From: a virus
Lineage: Duplodnaviria > Caudoviricetes
Virus record (IMG/VR): IMGVR_UViG_3300010052_000147
Location: 1 to 41,644 of that record
Length of the DNA: 41,644 nt
Strand: one strand, 5' to 3'
Shown: piece by piece, positions 26,370 through 33,321 of the stretch
Layout of the letters: every line of letters begins with the position of its first letter
How positions within the stretch are numbered: position 1 is the first letter of the stretch
Notes under the pieces: model-generated
What the model was told of the DNA's origin: nothing
The model's database searches: none
Seen by the model: only the letters and a program-made list of their open reading frames with translations
Made by a program: the position numbers and the translations under genes

Positions 26370-26752
26370 TGCAGAATATCGCCCCAAGCCGTGCCGGCGG
26401 CACCGACTGCTGCCTCTTCAGCCTGGACCTCCTTCTTGCCCCTTGTCGGGGTCTTGGGCGGGCGCGTCGACTTCGGCGGAAGCGCCCCGGCAAGCTCGAG
26501 GAACTTGTTCTGTGCGGAGACATTGCCGCCCATGCCTGAGCGGTAACGCGCCATCATCATGTCGGCCGTCTTCTTCGCGACCGCAATTTCGAGGTCCACG
26601 GAAAAATGCTTGGTCAGGGTTTCGTGATGGATCCCGATCGCTGCGGCAATCGCTTCCTTCGCCATGCCCTGCGCCCGCAGAACTTGAACCTTCTCACGGT
26701 CTTCGTCCGTTGGGACGTATTCCGGACGACCCCGGCCCTTTTTCGCGGTCAT
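26366..26752 (-). CDS. terS: Terminase small subunit
   Basis: GRPEYVPT plus HTH (AIAAAIGIHHETLTKHF); directly upstream of terL. Confidence 0.8.
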   Translation of the reverse strand: MTAKKGRGRPEYVPTDEDREKVQVLRAQGMAKEAIAAAIGIHHETLTKHFSVDLEIAVAKKTADMMMARYRSGMGGNVSAQNKFLELAGALPPKSTRPPKTPTRGKKEVQAEEAAVGAAGTAWGDILQ

Positions 26753-26769
26753 GTGTCCAAATTCACCGT

Positions 26770-26855
26770 TTCACGGAAAAAATTCTGCGACTTAGCCCCG
26801 AGCGGTAGGGACCCCAGAGCCGCCGTAGGGATTTGACCCGCCCCCCCCCCGGTCG
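26770..26855 (-). other. Probable cos / packaging initiation region
   Basis: Non-coding stretch upstream of terS: G10-CGGGTCAAAT...CGCAGAATTTTTT, the poly-G/A-T-tract pattern seen between HNH and terS in HK97-like phages; exact cut site not determinable. Confidence 0.55.
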
Positions 26856-26874
26856 TTTCATGCTACTGTTGCCG

Positions 26875-27159
26875 ATGGCGAGCAGCATTACGATCGAGAG
26901 TGTCGAGTTCAGTCCCGATGGACTATCGGCCACGGGCGTCTGCACTGTTCAATCAGGCCAGATGACGGTGAACGCCGTTGTCACGCTGACGGTGGGACTG
27001 GATGGACGAGCCGTATTTGACGTTTGCGGATCAGCGACACTCTCGGGACCGGCGTTCACCTTGCCGAAGAATGCGCTCCGCAATGCAATGGTTGTTGACC
27101 GCACAGGGCTTGTCAGTATCGCTCCCTCATCCTTGCCGTCCGAACCGCCTGTGTCTTGA
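26875..27159 (+). CDS. Hypothetical beta-rich protein inserted between cos and HNH
   Basis: MASSITIESVEFSPDGLSATGVCTVQSGQMTVNAVVTLTV shows alternating beta pattern; no RBS; 3' end overlaps the HNH 3' end. Confidence 0.45.
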   Translation: MASSITIESVEFSPDGLSATGVCTVQSGQMTVNAVVTLTVGLDGRAVFDVCGSATLSGPAFTLPKNALRNAMVVDRTGLVSIAPSSLPSEPPVS

Positions 27160-27442
27160 TGGTATGGTGCGACCCGCACAGGCACTGCCCATTGGCAGGG
27201 TCGAGAGGGGCACCGCCGTCCTTGCGCTCGCGGATGTGGTCAGCGAACAGCCTAGCTGGCGCCCTCACCTCGCACCGCTTTCCGTCGTCTATGGCCTCGC
27301 AGCGATAGTCTGCCCGGCGCAGCACGGTGGCGCGCCATGCCCTATGCTCTGGGGAGAGCAGTTCGGGATCGGCGACCTTGGGCGCGGGCCTTGCGCTCCT
27401 CACATCCATAGCCGCTACCGATGGTCGAAGAGTGCGGACCAT
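27113..27442 (-). CDS. HNH endonuclease (packaging-associated, HK97 gp74-like)
   Basis: YRCEA...C, ADHIRERKDGGAPLDPANGQCLCGSHHTIKT. Confidence 0.9.
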   Translation of the reverse strand: MVRTLRPSVAAMDVRSARPAPKVADPELLSPEHRAWRATVLRRADYRCEAIDDGKRCEVRAPARLFADHIRERKDGGAPLDPANGQCLCGSHHTIKTQAVRTARMRERY

Positions 27443-27499
27443 TGCCGAGCCTTGGGGTTGGTGATTGGATGCGCGGCTTAATAGGCGAGGCTGCGCAAA

Positions 27500-27733
27500 A
27501 TGGTCAAACGTGACGTCCTAGAGAAGATACGGGCATCGGCAGTCGATAGAGCGAAGTCGGCTCGAGAAATGGTTGAGTGGCTTTCTGAGCCTGACCTCGT
27601 TATGACGAGGACTGAGGCGGGGTCACCACCCGAAGATCTGAAAGCAATCCTGCTGGCCGACCATAAGGTCATCGCCGCAAATGCCGACGCCACCGTTAAG
27701 ATGGTAGACGGGCTCCTGTCCGAAAGGCCCTAG
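27500..27733 (+). CDS. Hypothetical helical protein, 77 aa (moron)
   Basis: GAGG RBS, ATG start, amphipathic helical pattern. Confidence 0.55.
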   Translation: MVKRDVLEKIRASAVDRAKSAREMVEWLSEPDLVMTRTEAGSPPEDLKAILLADHKVIAANADATVKMVDGLLSERP

Positions 27734-27859
27734 CACCTCTCCCAACCTACTCAGGCATCAATGGGGTGGCTGGCGCGTATGAGGAGTTGCCCGAGCGCGC
27801 CAGCCTGACACGAGCCATCATTGGGGACAGACCCGCGTCTTGACCATTCATGCCGAAAA

Positions 27860-27887
27860 CTTGAAGACTCGCAATCCCAAGCCATCT
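27860..27887 (+). promoter_or_regulatory. RpoH-like promoter motif
   Basis: CTTGAA-N16-CCATCT, close to the rhizobial RpoH consensus. Confidence 0.45.
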
Positions 27888-27923
27888 GCGAAACTGAAAC
27901 AACTCCACCGAATTATGCCACGC

Positions 27924-28118
27924 ATGAATGACGACGGTTCACCGCCAATGATCGGCTACGCAGTCTATCCGCCCCCGAATGCGGAGATGCCGTTTCTGGC
28001 GGTCACGTTCATGCCGGACGGCACAGTCGTCGCTCGACAGTTCGAGACGGAAGCTAAAGCGGTCGCATACACGAACGAAATGGCCAAAGGCCTCCGGCCA
28101 GACCCGCAGAGACACTAA
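27924..28118 (+). CDS. Hypothetical protein (about 64 aa; start could be 27915, 27924 or 27948)
   Basis: YAVYPPPNAEMPFLAVTFMPDGTVVARQFETEAKA looks globular; ends at a hairpin. Confidence 0.55.
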   Translation: MNDDGSPPMIGYAVYPPPNAEMPFLAVTFMPDGTVVARQFETEAKAVAYTNEMAKGLRPDPQRH

Positions 28119-28119
28119 C

Positions 28120-28242
28120 GAAAAAGCCGCTGGGCTTCCCCAACGGCTCCTCTGCGGTCTTTGCTCTTAACTCGCCAGTACATCCGTGGTCGGACAAATG
28201 CGAAGACACTTTGCGCATCGACCTCTACGGGGACGCGCTGAG
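28120..28242 (-). ncRNA. Candidate ~120-nt structured small RNA
   Basis: Own promoter CTTGAC-N17-CCATAT, long imperfect hairpin, then terminator; no well-formed ORF ending before the terminator. Confidence 0.65.
28121..28148 (-). terminator. Intrinsic terminator of the sRNA candidate
   Basis: AGCCGTTGGG-GAAG-CCCAGCGGCT-TTTT. Confidence 0.8.
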
Positions 28243-28247
28243 TGTTC

Positions 28248-28276
28248 ATATGGACGTGGAACGTGTCCGCGTCAAG
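28248..28276 (-). promoter_or_regulatory. sigma70-type promoter
   Basis: CTTGAC (28276-28271), N17, CCATAT (28253-28248); one mismatch from the rhizobial CTTGAC-N17-CTATAT consensus. Confidence 0.75.
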
Positions 28277-28318
28277 GCCGACATCGGCGCGTGTTCCGCC
28301 CAAGATCACAGCCTTTGC

Positions 28319-28344
28319 GGAACCATCGAGACCGTAACCATGTT
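28319..28344 (+). promoter_or_regulatory. EcfG (RpoE2/SigT) general-stress promoter motif
   Basis: GGAAC-N17-TGTT, 26 nt upstream of the ATG at 28371. Confidence 0.6.
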
Positions 28345-28370
28345 GTTCACCATCGGCACAGGAGGTCACG

Positions 28371-28703
28371 ATGCCTGACAACACAGCTTATGAACACGGG
28401 GCTCGAAAACTGAAGCCCCTTACCGGACCAGATCCCAGCGATGCATTTTCCCAAGATGCCGCTGAAAACAAGAAGCCGCCGAATCGAATGGGTTTGACCG
28501 AGCAGCCCGATATCGAACGCAGCGAGACCGATAAGTCCGACTTACGTGGCGCTGTAACAGGATCACCCGAGGAAGATGCCGCAGGCCAGCCCGAGAGTAA
28601 CCACGCTGGCGGTTCCAACGATGGCGTCGCCAACGCGAACTCGCGTGTTCAATCAGGCAACTACGATGGTGATGCGACATTCCCATTCAGACGATCGCGG
28701 TGA
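28371..28703 (+). CDS. Hydrophilic, probably disordered protein, 110 aa
   Basis: AGGAGG RBS; rich in D/E/N/S/G/P with almost no hydrophobic core. Confidence 0.75.
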   Translation: MPDNTAYEHGARKLKPLTGPDPSDAFSQDAAENKKPPNRMGLTEQPDIERSETDKSDLRGAVTGSPEEDAAGQPESNHAGGSNDGVANANSRVQSGNYDGDATFPFRRSR

Positions 28704-28741
28704 CCACTTGAGCGACACCCCGGCAGAACACCCGCCCCCCT

Positions 28742-28767
28742 GGAACAGAGCAGTGCGCGGTTGCGTT
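28742..28767 (+). promoter_or_regulatory. EcfG general-stress promoter motif
   Basis: GGAAC-N17-CGTT, consensus match, intergenic, 29 nt before ATG 28797. Confidence 0.7.
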
Positions 28768-28796
28768 GAGCCTTAGTCGATCACCGCAGGCGTGCA

Positions 28797-28991
28797 ATGC
28801 TCAACCGCTTTTCCGAGCTTTTACCATCCTGGCTGCGCATACGCCGCAAGCCAGAGATAGTGTCCGATTTGGACAGCATCGCCATTTGCGAAGAGGCTCA
28901 ACGATATGTCGGGCCGCCGCGCAACACGTTGCAGCGAGAACCACACCGGCCGCCAACGACCACATTTGACAACATAAACTCGAATGTCTGA
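28797..28991 (+). CDS. Hypothetical protein, 64 aa
   Basis: ATG start after the EcfG motif; weak RBS (CAGG). Confidence 0.45.
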   Translation: MLNRFSELLPSWLRIRRKPEIVSDLDSIAICEEAQRYVGPPRNTLQREPHRPPTTTFDNINSNV

Positions 28992-29043
28992 CTTGGGTGG
29001 CCGCTCGCCGGCCACCGAACTGTTGAACTGAGGAGAGACGCGC

Positions 29044-29247
29044 ATGGGCGTGATCAGAAATCTGACCGATACGTCCATCAAGGACGAAACCAGTGAAAAG
29101 GGTGTCGCGGTGAAGACGTCCGGTGCGGTTGCGCCACCCAAAGATTCGGTGAAGAGCAACGCTGGAAACCGAAACCCTGGACCGCGACAGGCTGGTGTCA
29201 CTCCACGCCCGTCAGACAAGTCGATTGCCGACGGCGATAGAGGCTAA
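29044..29247 (+). CDS. Small hydrophilic protein, 67 aa
   Basis: GAGGAG RBS; low-complexity polar sequence; preceded by a GGTGGCCG/CGGCCACC hairpin. Confidence 0.65.
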   Translation: MGVIRNLTDTSIKDETSEKGVAVKTSGAVAPPKDSVKSNAGNRNPGPRQAGVTPRPSDKSIADGDRG

Positions 29248-29253
29248 GCCGAG

Positions 29254-29628
29254 ATGACGACGGTGCGGGAGGGGGGATGCCTTTGTGGTAGGGTTCGCTT
29301 TTCGGTCCACGGAGAGCCGTTGCGCGTGGGTCTTTGCCATTGCACGGATTGTAGGCGGAGTTCAGGATCGTCGTTCGGCGCCTTCGCGATCTTTCCTCGC
29401 GACGCTTATCAGGGCAGCGGCGAACTCGGCACCTATGCGGGACGGAGTTTTTGCCTCCGGTGCGGGTCGCGCGTCGTGAACTTGAGAGAGGATGAGGCCG
29501 AGGTCATGCTTGGCTGTTTCGACCAGGCACCCACCAATTTAGTCCCACGATATGAACTGTGGATCAGCCGACGAGAGCACTGGCTTGCGCCCGTGCCGGG
29601 CATCGACCAATTTGAACAGGACCGCTAA
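29254..29628 (+). CDS. GFA / CENP-V family zinc protein
   Basis: EGGCLCGRVRF, CHCTDCRRSSG and RSFCLRCGS motifs. Confidence 0.9.
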   Translation: MTTVREGGCLCGRVRFSVHGEPLRVGLCHCTDCRRSSGSSFGAFAIFPRDAYQGSGELGTYAGRSFCLRCGSRVVNLREDEAEVMLGCFDQAPTNLVPRYELWISRREHWLAPVPGIDQFEQDR

Positions 29629-29659
29629 CACAAGTTCGATGGGTCGGTAAGCGCGTATG

Positions 29660-29681
29660 AAAAAAACTCGCCCTAGCGAAG
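29660..29681 (-). terminator. Terminator-like element after the early-operon last gene
   Basis: TTCGC-TAGG-GCGAG followed by T7; short stem. Confidence 0.5.
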
Positions 29682-29712
29682 GCGGCTTCTGGGCGCAACT
29701 CTGCGACCGGTC

Positions 29713-30393
29713 TCAGGCCGCTTTGTCCTTTTCCCTTTGATTGGTGCGTGGTGTCGGGTTAGAGGTTTCCAGCGGCTCGGGCATGAGGCGCACCGGTTTG
29801 GCATCCGAAGCCATCCACGCGAGTGAAGCCACTGTATCGGTTTCACCCGTGCTTTTTGCCTCAGGTTGTATCATTCGTAAATCCAGGGGCGTGCGCAACA
29901 ACACGCTCTCCTTGCTCAAATGGTCGCTAATCCGTTGGCAGGATTGCTCATTCCATCGATAGGATTTTAGGCGCAACACCGTTTTTTCTTTCGGAACGCG
30001 CTCGTTTCGCGCCGCCAGAACCTTCGTCCATTCCCGATTTCGCGCCCGGCACGTCGCATAGGCGATCAGGCATTCCCGCTTAGCCTCGTCGGATATCACC
30101 TCGATCGGCCAGCGCATGGCCTCCATCGCCATCGAGATCGCATCGGCGCGGACGGCGCGCTTGGCGTCCCGCAGGATGTCGTCGCGCCTGGTCTCGCGGA
30201 TCACAGCCATCGATTCCCCGCCGTTGAATGTCAGATCGGAGAGCTCGAATCCGAACGCCTCGCTGGCCGTGTCAAACATGAGCATGTTCGGCCAGCCATT
30301 GCCGACGCGGCGGCGATCCTGCGCCGGCAGCCGCTCGATCGTCACATAGGCGTCGATCAGGCGGACCATTACGATGTCGGGCGTCCAGTTCAT
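29713..30393 (-). CDS. Putative late-gene regulator (Q-position, DUF6362-like)
   Basis: MNWTPDIVMVRLIDAYVTIERLP...WP...AISMAMEAMRWP pattern; last gene of the early operon; function inferred from position. Confidence 0.5.
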   Translation of the reverse strand: MNWTPDIVMVRLIDAYVTIERLPAQDRRRVGNGWPNMLMFDTASEAFGFELSDLTFNGGESMAVIRETRRDDILRDAKRAVRADAISMAMEAMRWPIEVISDEAKRECLIAYATCRARNREWTKVLAARNERVPKEKTVLRLKSYRWNEQSCQRISDHLSKESVLLRTPLDLRMIQPEAKSTGETDTVASLAWMASDAKPVRLMPEPLETSNPTPRTNQREKDKAA

Positions 30394-30809
30394 GCGGCTT
30401 CCTTTGCGAGCAGTTCAGATGCGATGAGGGTGGCCAGAGCCTTCGCCTTGGCTGCCATTGGCCCGCCTTGGCCGAGGGAAAGGCGCTGCGCGCGCCGGCG
30501 GAGCTGGTCGAGGTCGAGGGTGGAGAACTCGCTGCGCAGGGCGGCGGCGTCCGCGCCGGGCCGGTGGGCGCCGATGAACAGGCTGACCGCATACAGCACG
30601 TCGCCGTAGAAGGCTGGGGCGGGTGAAGCCATGATGCAGGAAACAACGAGGCCGGTGCGAGCCGGCCCCTGTCTGCGCAGCATTCGGGCGACGGTGCGAC
30701 CACCGTAGATCGTGTTGGGAGGGCGAGGGTCTCGCGCCTGCCGGACCGGCAAGCATCGGATGCCGTGCCCCTCAAGGAAGTCGTGAACGTTGATGCCGCG
30801 CTTGATCAT
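30390..30809 (-). CDS. Hypothetical protein resembling the C-terminal half of the DGQHR/ParB-like protein
   Basis: GAGGA RBS and ATG 30809; ATGA overlap with the next gene; by-eye similarity to 32362-33321. Confidence 0.65.
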   Translation of the reverse strand: MIKRGINVHDFLEGHGIRCLPVRQARDPRPPNTIYGGRTVARMLRRQGPARTGLVVSCIMASPAPAFYGDVLYAVSLFIGAHRPGADAAALRSEFSTLDLDQLRRRAQRLSLGQGGPMAAKAKALATLIASELLAKEAA

Positions 30810-30894
30810 TGTGCAGTCATCCTCGCTCAAGCGGCTGTGCCACATGACGACGACGCCAGATTATGTCGGCCATCAGCTGGCCAGTTCTCCACCC

Positions 30895-30923
30895 CTTGAA
30901 CACAGCGGGAAGCGATCTCAAAT
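30895..30923 (+). promoter_or_regulatory. RpoH-like promoter motif upstream of DUF982
   Basis: CTTGAA-N17-TCAAAT. Confidence 0.35.
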
Positions 30924-30987
30924 GTCTTCCGGCCATCGCGCTGCGGCGGCCAAATTGGTGACAACGATCAAAAATTGAGAGGAGAAA

Positions 30988-31287
30988 ATGGAAGCGCATA
31001 CCTTCGCCAAACCCGTCTATCTGAAGGACGGCAAGCACTTGGTGCGGGAGATCGCCAGCGTCGCTGAGGCGATCGACTTTCTGCAGGACTGGCCCGAGAA
31101 CAAGCGTGACATGATCCACGAGGCCGCTTTGAGGACGTGCGTCATGGCTTATGACGGACTCAAGCCTGTGAAGGTGGCTCGGGATGCCATACGCGCCTTC
31201 GGCGTGAAGAAGGGCATTCTCGAGAAGGAGATCGCCATCCAGCCGTGGATGATCAAGGCAGTCTCGGGCGGACACACGTCCGTCTAG
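30988..31287 (+). CDS. DUF982 family protein (moron inside the early operon)
   Basis: FAKPVYL...REIASVAEAIDFLQDWP...ALRTC...ARDAIRAFGVKKGIL; GAGGAG RBS. Confidence 0.85.
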   Translation: MEAHTFAKPVYLKDGKHLVREIASVAEAIDFLQDWPENKRDMIHEAALRTCVMAYDGLKPVKVARDAIRAFGVKKGILEKEIAIQPWMIKAVSGGHTSV

Positions 31288-31310
31288 GTAATTAAGGAGG
31301 AGGGGGTCGT

Positions 31311-32174
31311 TCACGCGGCCCCTCCCTCTATCACTGCATACCGTTGGAACTGATCGGCAAGCAGGTCGCGAGGCCGTGCCGCCTCAATTGCCGACTCTCG
31401 CCCGATCTCGCTCAGTTCGTCGGCACGCTCATTCCCAACGATGCCGGCATGGCCCTTGACCCATTCCAGTTGGATCAGCAGATCGGTCAGGATGCCGTCA
31501 AGCTCCTGCCAGAGGGCGAGGTTCGCGATGGCGGCGTTCTCCGGCTTTGCGTTCGGACCACCACGCTTCCAGCCCTTGGCCTTCCATCCGTGCCGCCAGT
31601 CATTGCAGCCGTTGACGACATACATGCTGTCCGAGAACAGCCGGACAGACAGCGGGGTTGCCACTGAAGCGCCCGCGCTGCGGGTGTCGATCCAGCGCAG
31701 AGCCATAATCGCCGCGGTGAGTTCCATAGTCTGGTTCGTGGCGATCAGATCGCCGCCGTGCTCGGAATGGATCTCGACACCATCCCGATAGACGACGAAG
31801 CCCCACCCGCCGACGCCGGGGTTCGGGTGACAGCAGCCGTCGGCGTAGACGACCAGGCCGGGCGGAACGGCGGTGTCGAAGCCGGCGCGGCGCGATTGTG
31901 CCGTCTCCTTGTGCTTGCGGATGATCGAGCGCAGCCGGCGCTCATCAAGCGGGACGGCTATCTGGGGAGCGCCCCCAGATGCGCGGCTTATCTGCGGAGC
32001 GTCCGCAGATGCGGTCGAGCGCGCACTTGGAGCAAGTTTCTGGACTGGAATTTTGCTCGCAGCGAGCAGCGCATCGGCCTGCCGGCGCAGTGCGTCCTTG
32101 GACAGCGGACCGGACGCCGGTTCGATGCCATGCGCCCGCATGCGGTTCTGCCGGTTGATCTGGTCCCAATTCAC
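31311..32174 (-). CDS. rnhA: Ribonuclease HI with a ~105-aa N-terminal extension
   Basis: YADGCCHPNPGVGGWG, TNQTMELTA, FSDSMYV and WVKGHAGIVGNERADELS; all D/E/D/H/D catalytic positions present. Confidence 0.92.
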   Translation of the reverse strand: MNWDQINRQNRMRAHGIEPASGPLSKDALRRQADALLAASKIPVQKLAPSARSTASADAPQISRASGGAPQIAVPLDERRLRSIIRKHKETAQSRRAGFDTAVPPGLVVYADGCCHPNPGVGGWGFVVYRDGVEIHSEHGGDLIATNQTMELTAAIMALRWIDTRSAGASVATPLSVRLFSDSMYVVNGCNDWRHGWKAKGWKRGGPNAKPENAAIANLALWQELDGILTDLLIQLEWVKGHAGIVGNERADELSEIGRESAIEAARPRDLLADQFQRYAVIEGGAA

Positions 32175-32365
32175 AGCAGCCGCTCCTTTGCCTCATCGGC
32201 CTCAGCCAGCGCGCCGTAGTCGGCAGCGATGGCGTCCATGATTTGGATTTGGCGATCAGCTGCCGGCTGTTTCATCTTCCCGTCTGCGATCCATCGCGGA
32301 TAGACGCGCTTTCGCATCGTCACCTCGCGCGCCGCACATTCCGCCTTTTCCCGGTTCGTGATCAT
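32171..32365 (-). CDS. Small helical phage protein, 64 aa
   Basis: EKAECAAREVTMRKRVYPRWIADGKM; GAGGAGG RBS; overlaps at both ends. Confidence 0.75.
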   Translation of the reverse strand: MITNREKAECAAREVTMRKRVYPRWIADGKMKQPAADRQIQIMDAIAADYGALAEADEAKERLL

Positions 32366-33321
32366 GCTTGCCTCCTCTGATCGAGCGCCGACCGGCCAGG
32401 CTCCGGATCGCCGAACGCACGGCCGGTCGCGGTCGGATGCGACGATACCGGGCGCACGGGCGGCACGAGGCGCGAGCCGACCGGAGTGACAGCGGCAGGG
32501 CGCGAACTTGGTGCTTTGAGCTCCGGACTTGAAGCCGGCGTCGCCGACCGTCGCACCTTTTTCGACTTCTGAAACCACACGTTCGCCAACCCGCGCCACA
32601 CCGGGACGCGATGCGTGGCCGCGAACCGCTTGGCCTCGACATCGGCAGTGGCGCCGATGGTCTTGATCGCAACGCCCAGGTCCGCCAGTTCGACCTGTCC
32701 CCGGAACTCGGGATCGGTCATCACGTATTCGACGGCTTTGATGTGCGCCGCGGTGATCGGCGCGAAACCGCAGTCGACCAGGACGCTGAGATATTCCCGC
32801 GCGCGCATCGCGCCGCGCCTGCCAATGAGAGCCTGCATGGCGCCGACCGCGACCGAGTCGTTTACCTTGAACCCGGCGCTGGCGTATTTCGGGACGCGTA
32901 TCCCGGCCCGCTCGCACACCTGCCGGATCGTGTCCGCGTCCTCGTCGTCAGCAGCGAGGCGGGCGAAGAACAACTCGAGCGACGACACGTTCTTCCGATT
33001 GGCGTTGATGTCGACGAAAATCGTCGCTTCGCCGCGCATGTCCTCTGCCTTCACCAGCGCCGCCGGGACATGCGTCACCTTGGGATGGAGTTTCGCTGCC
33101 TCGAGCCGGTGCTGGCCATCCGTCGCGTGAAAGCGGCCGGTCGGCTGCGGCACGAGCACCAGCGCGCCAAAGCTGCGCCAGGTGAAGTCCTTCAGGATCG
33201 TCTTGACCCGGTTGGCGTCGAGCGGCCGCTGATAGTGCGGATCGGCGTCGATCAGGGTTTTATCGATCCAGTCCAGGACAGGCGGCTCGCCCGGATCGGT
33301 GAACTCGGCAATATCGGTCAT
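32362..33321 (-). CDS. ParB/sulfiredoxin-like DGQHR protein (DUF6551-like)
   Basis: DPHYQRPL, FTWRSFGALVL, DGQHRLEAA and EATIFVDIN motifs. Confidence 0.75.
   Translation of the reverse strand: MTDIAEFTDPGEPPVLDWIDKTLIDADPHYQRPLDANRVKTILKDFTWRSFGALVLVPQPTGRFHATDGQHRLEAAKLHPKVTHVPAALVKAEDMRGEATIFVDINANRKNVSSLELFFARLAADDEDADTIRQVCERAGIRVPKYASAGFKVNDSVAVGAMQALIGRRGAMRAREYLSVLVDCGFAPITAAHIKAVEYVMTDPEFRGQVELADLGVAIKTIGATADVEAKRFAATHRVPVWRGLANVWFQKSKKVRRSATPASSPELKAPSSRPAAVTPVGSRLVPPVRPVSSHPTATGRAFGDPEPGRSALDQRRQA

Noticed and set aside
27500-28118. Type II toxin-antitoxin pair from the two small plus-strand ORFs
   Set aside because: They are separated by about 190 bp with a promoter motif between them and show no recognisable toxin or antitoxin motif
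28115-28384. 89-aa minus-strand ORF
   Set aside because: It runs across two promoter motifs and ends inside a terminator, has no RBS and overlaps the start of a well-supported plus-strand gene; the sRNA model fits better
26860-29700. tRNA gene or CRISPR mini-array in the accessory region
   Set aside because: No cloverleaf with T-loop GTTCGAATC signature and no regularly spaced repeats seen
32366-32917. Upstream part of the 248-aa ORF 32171-32917
   Set aside because: Out-of-frame overlap with the DGQHR gene; the real gene starts at 32365 with RBS and ATGA overlap
32362-33321. Dnd phosphorothioation system suggested by the DGQHR motif
   Set aside because: No DndA/C/D/E-like or Ssp-like genes in the window; DGQHR is shared by many ParB-like folds
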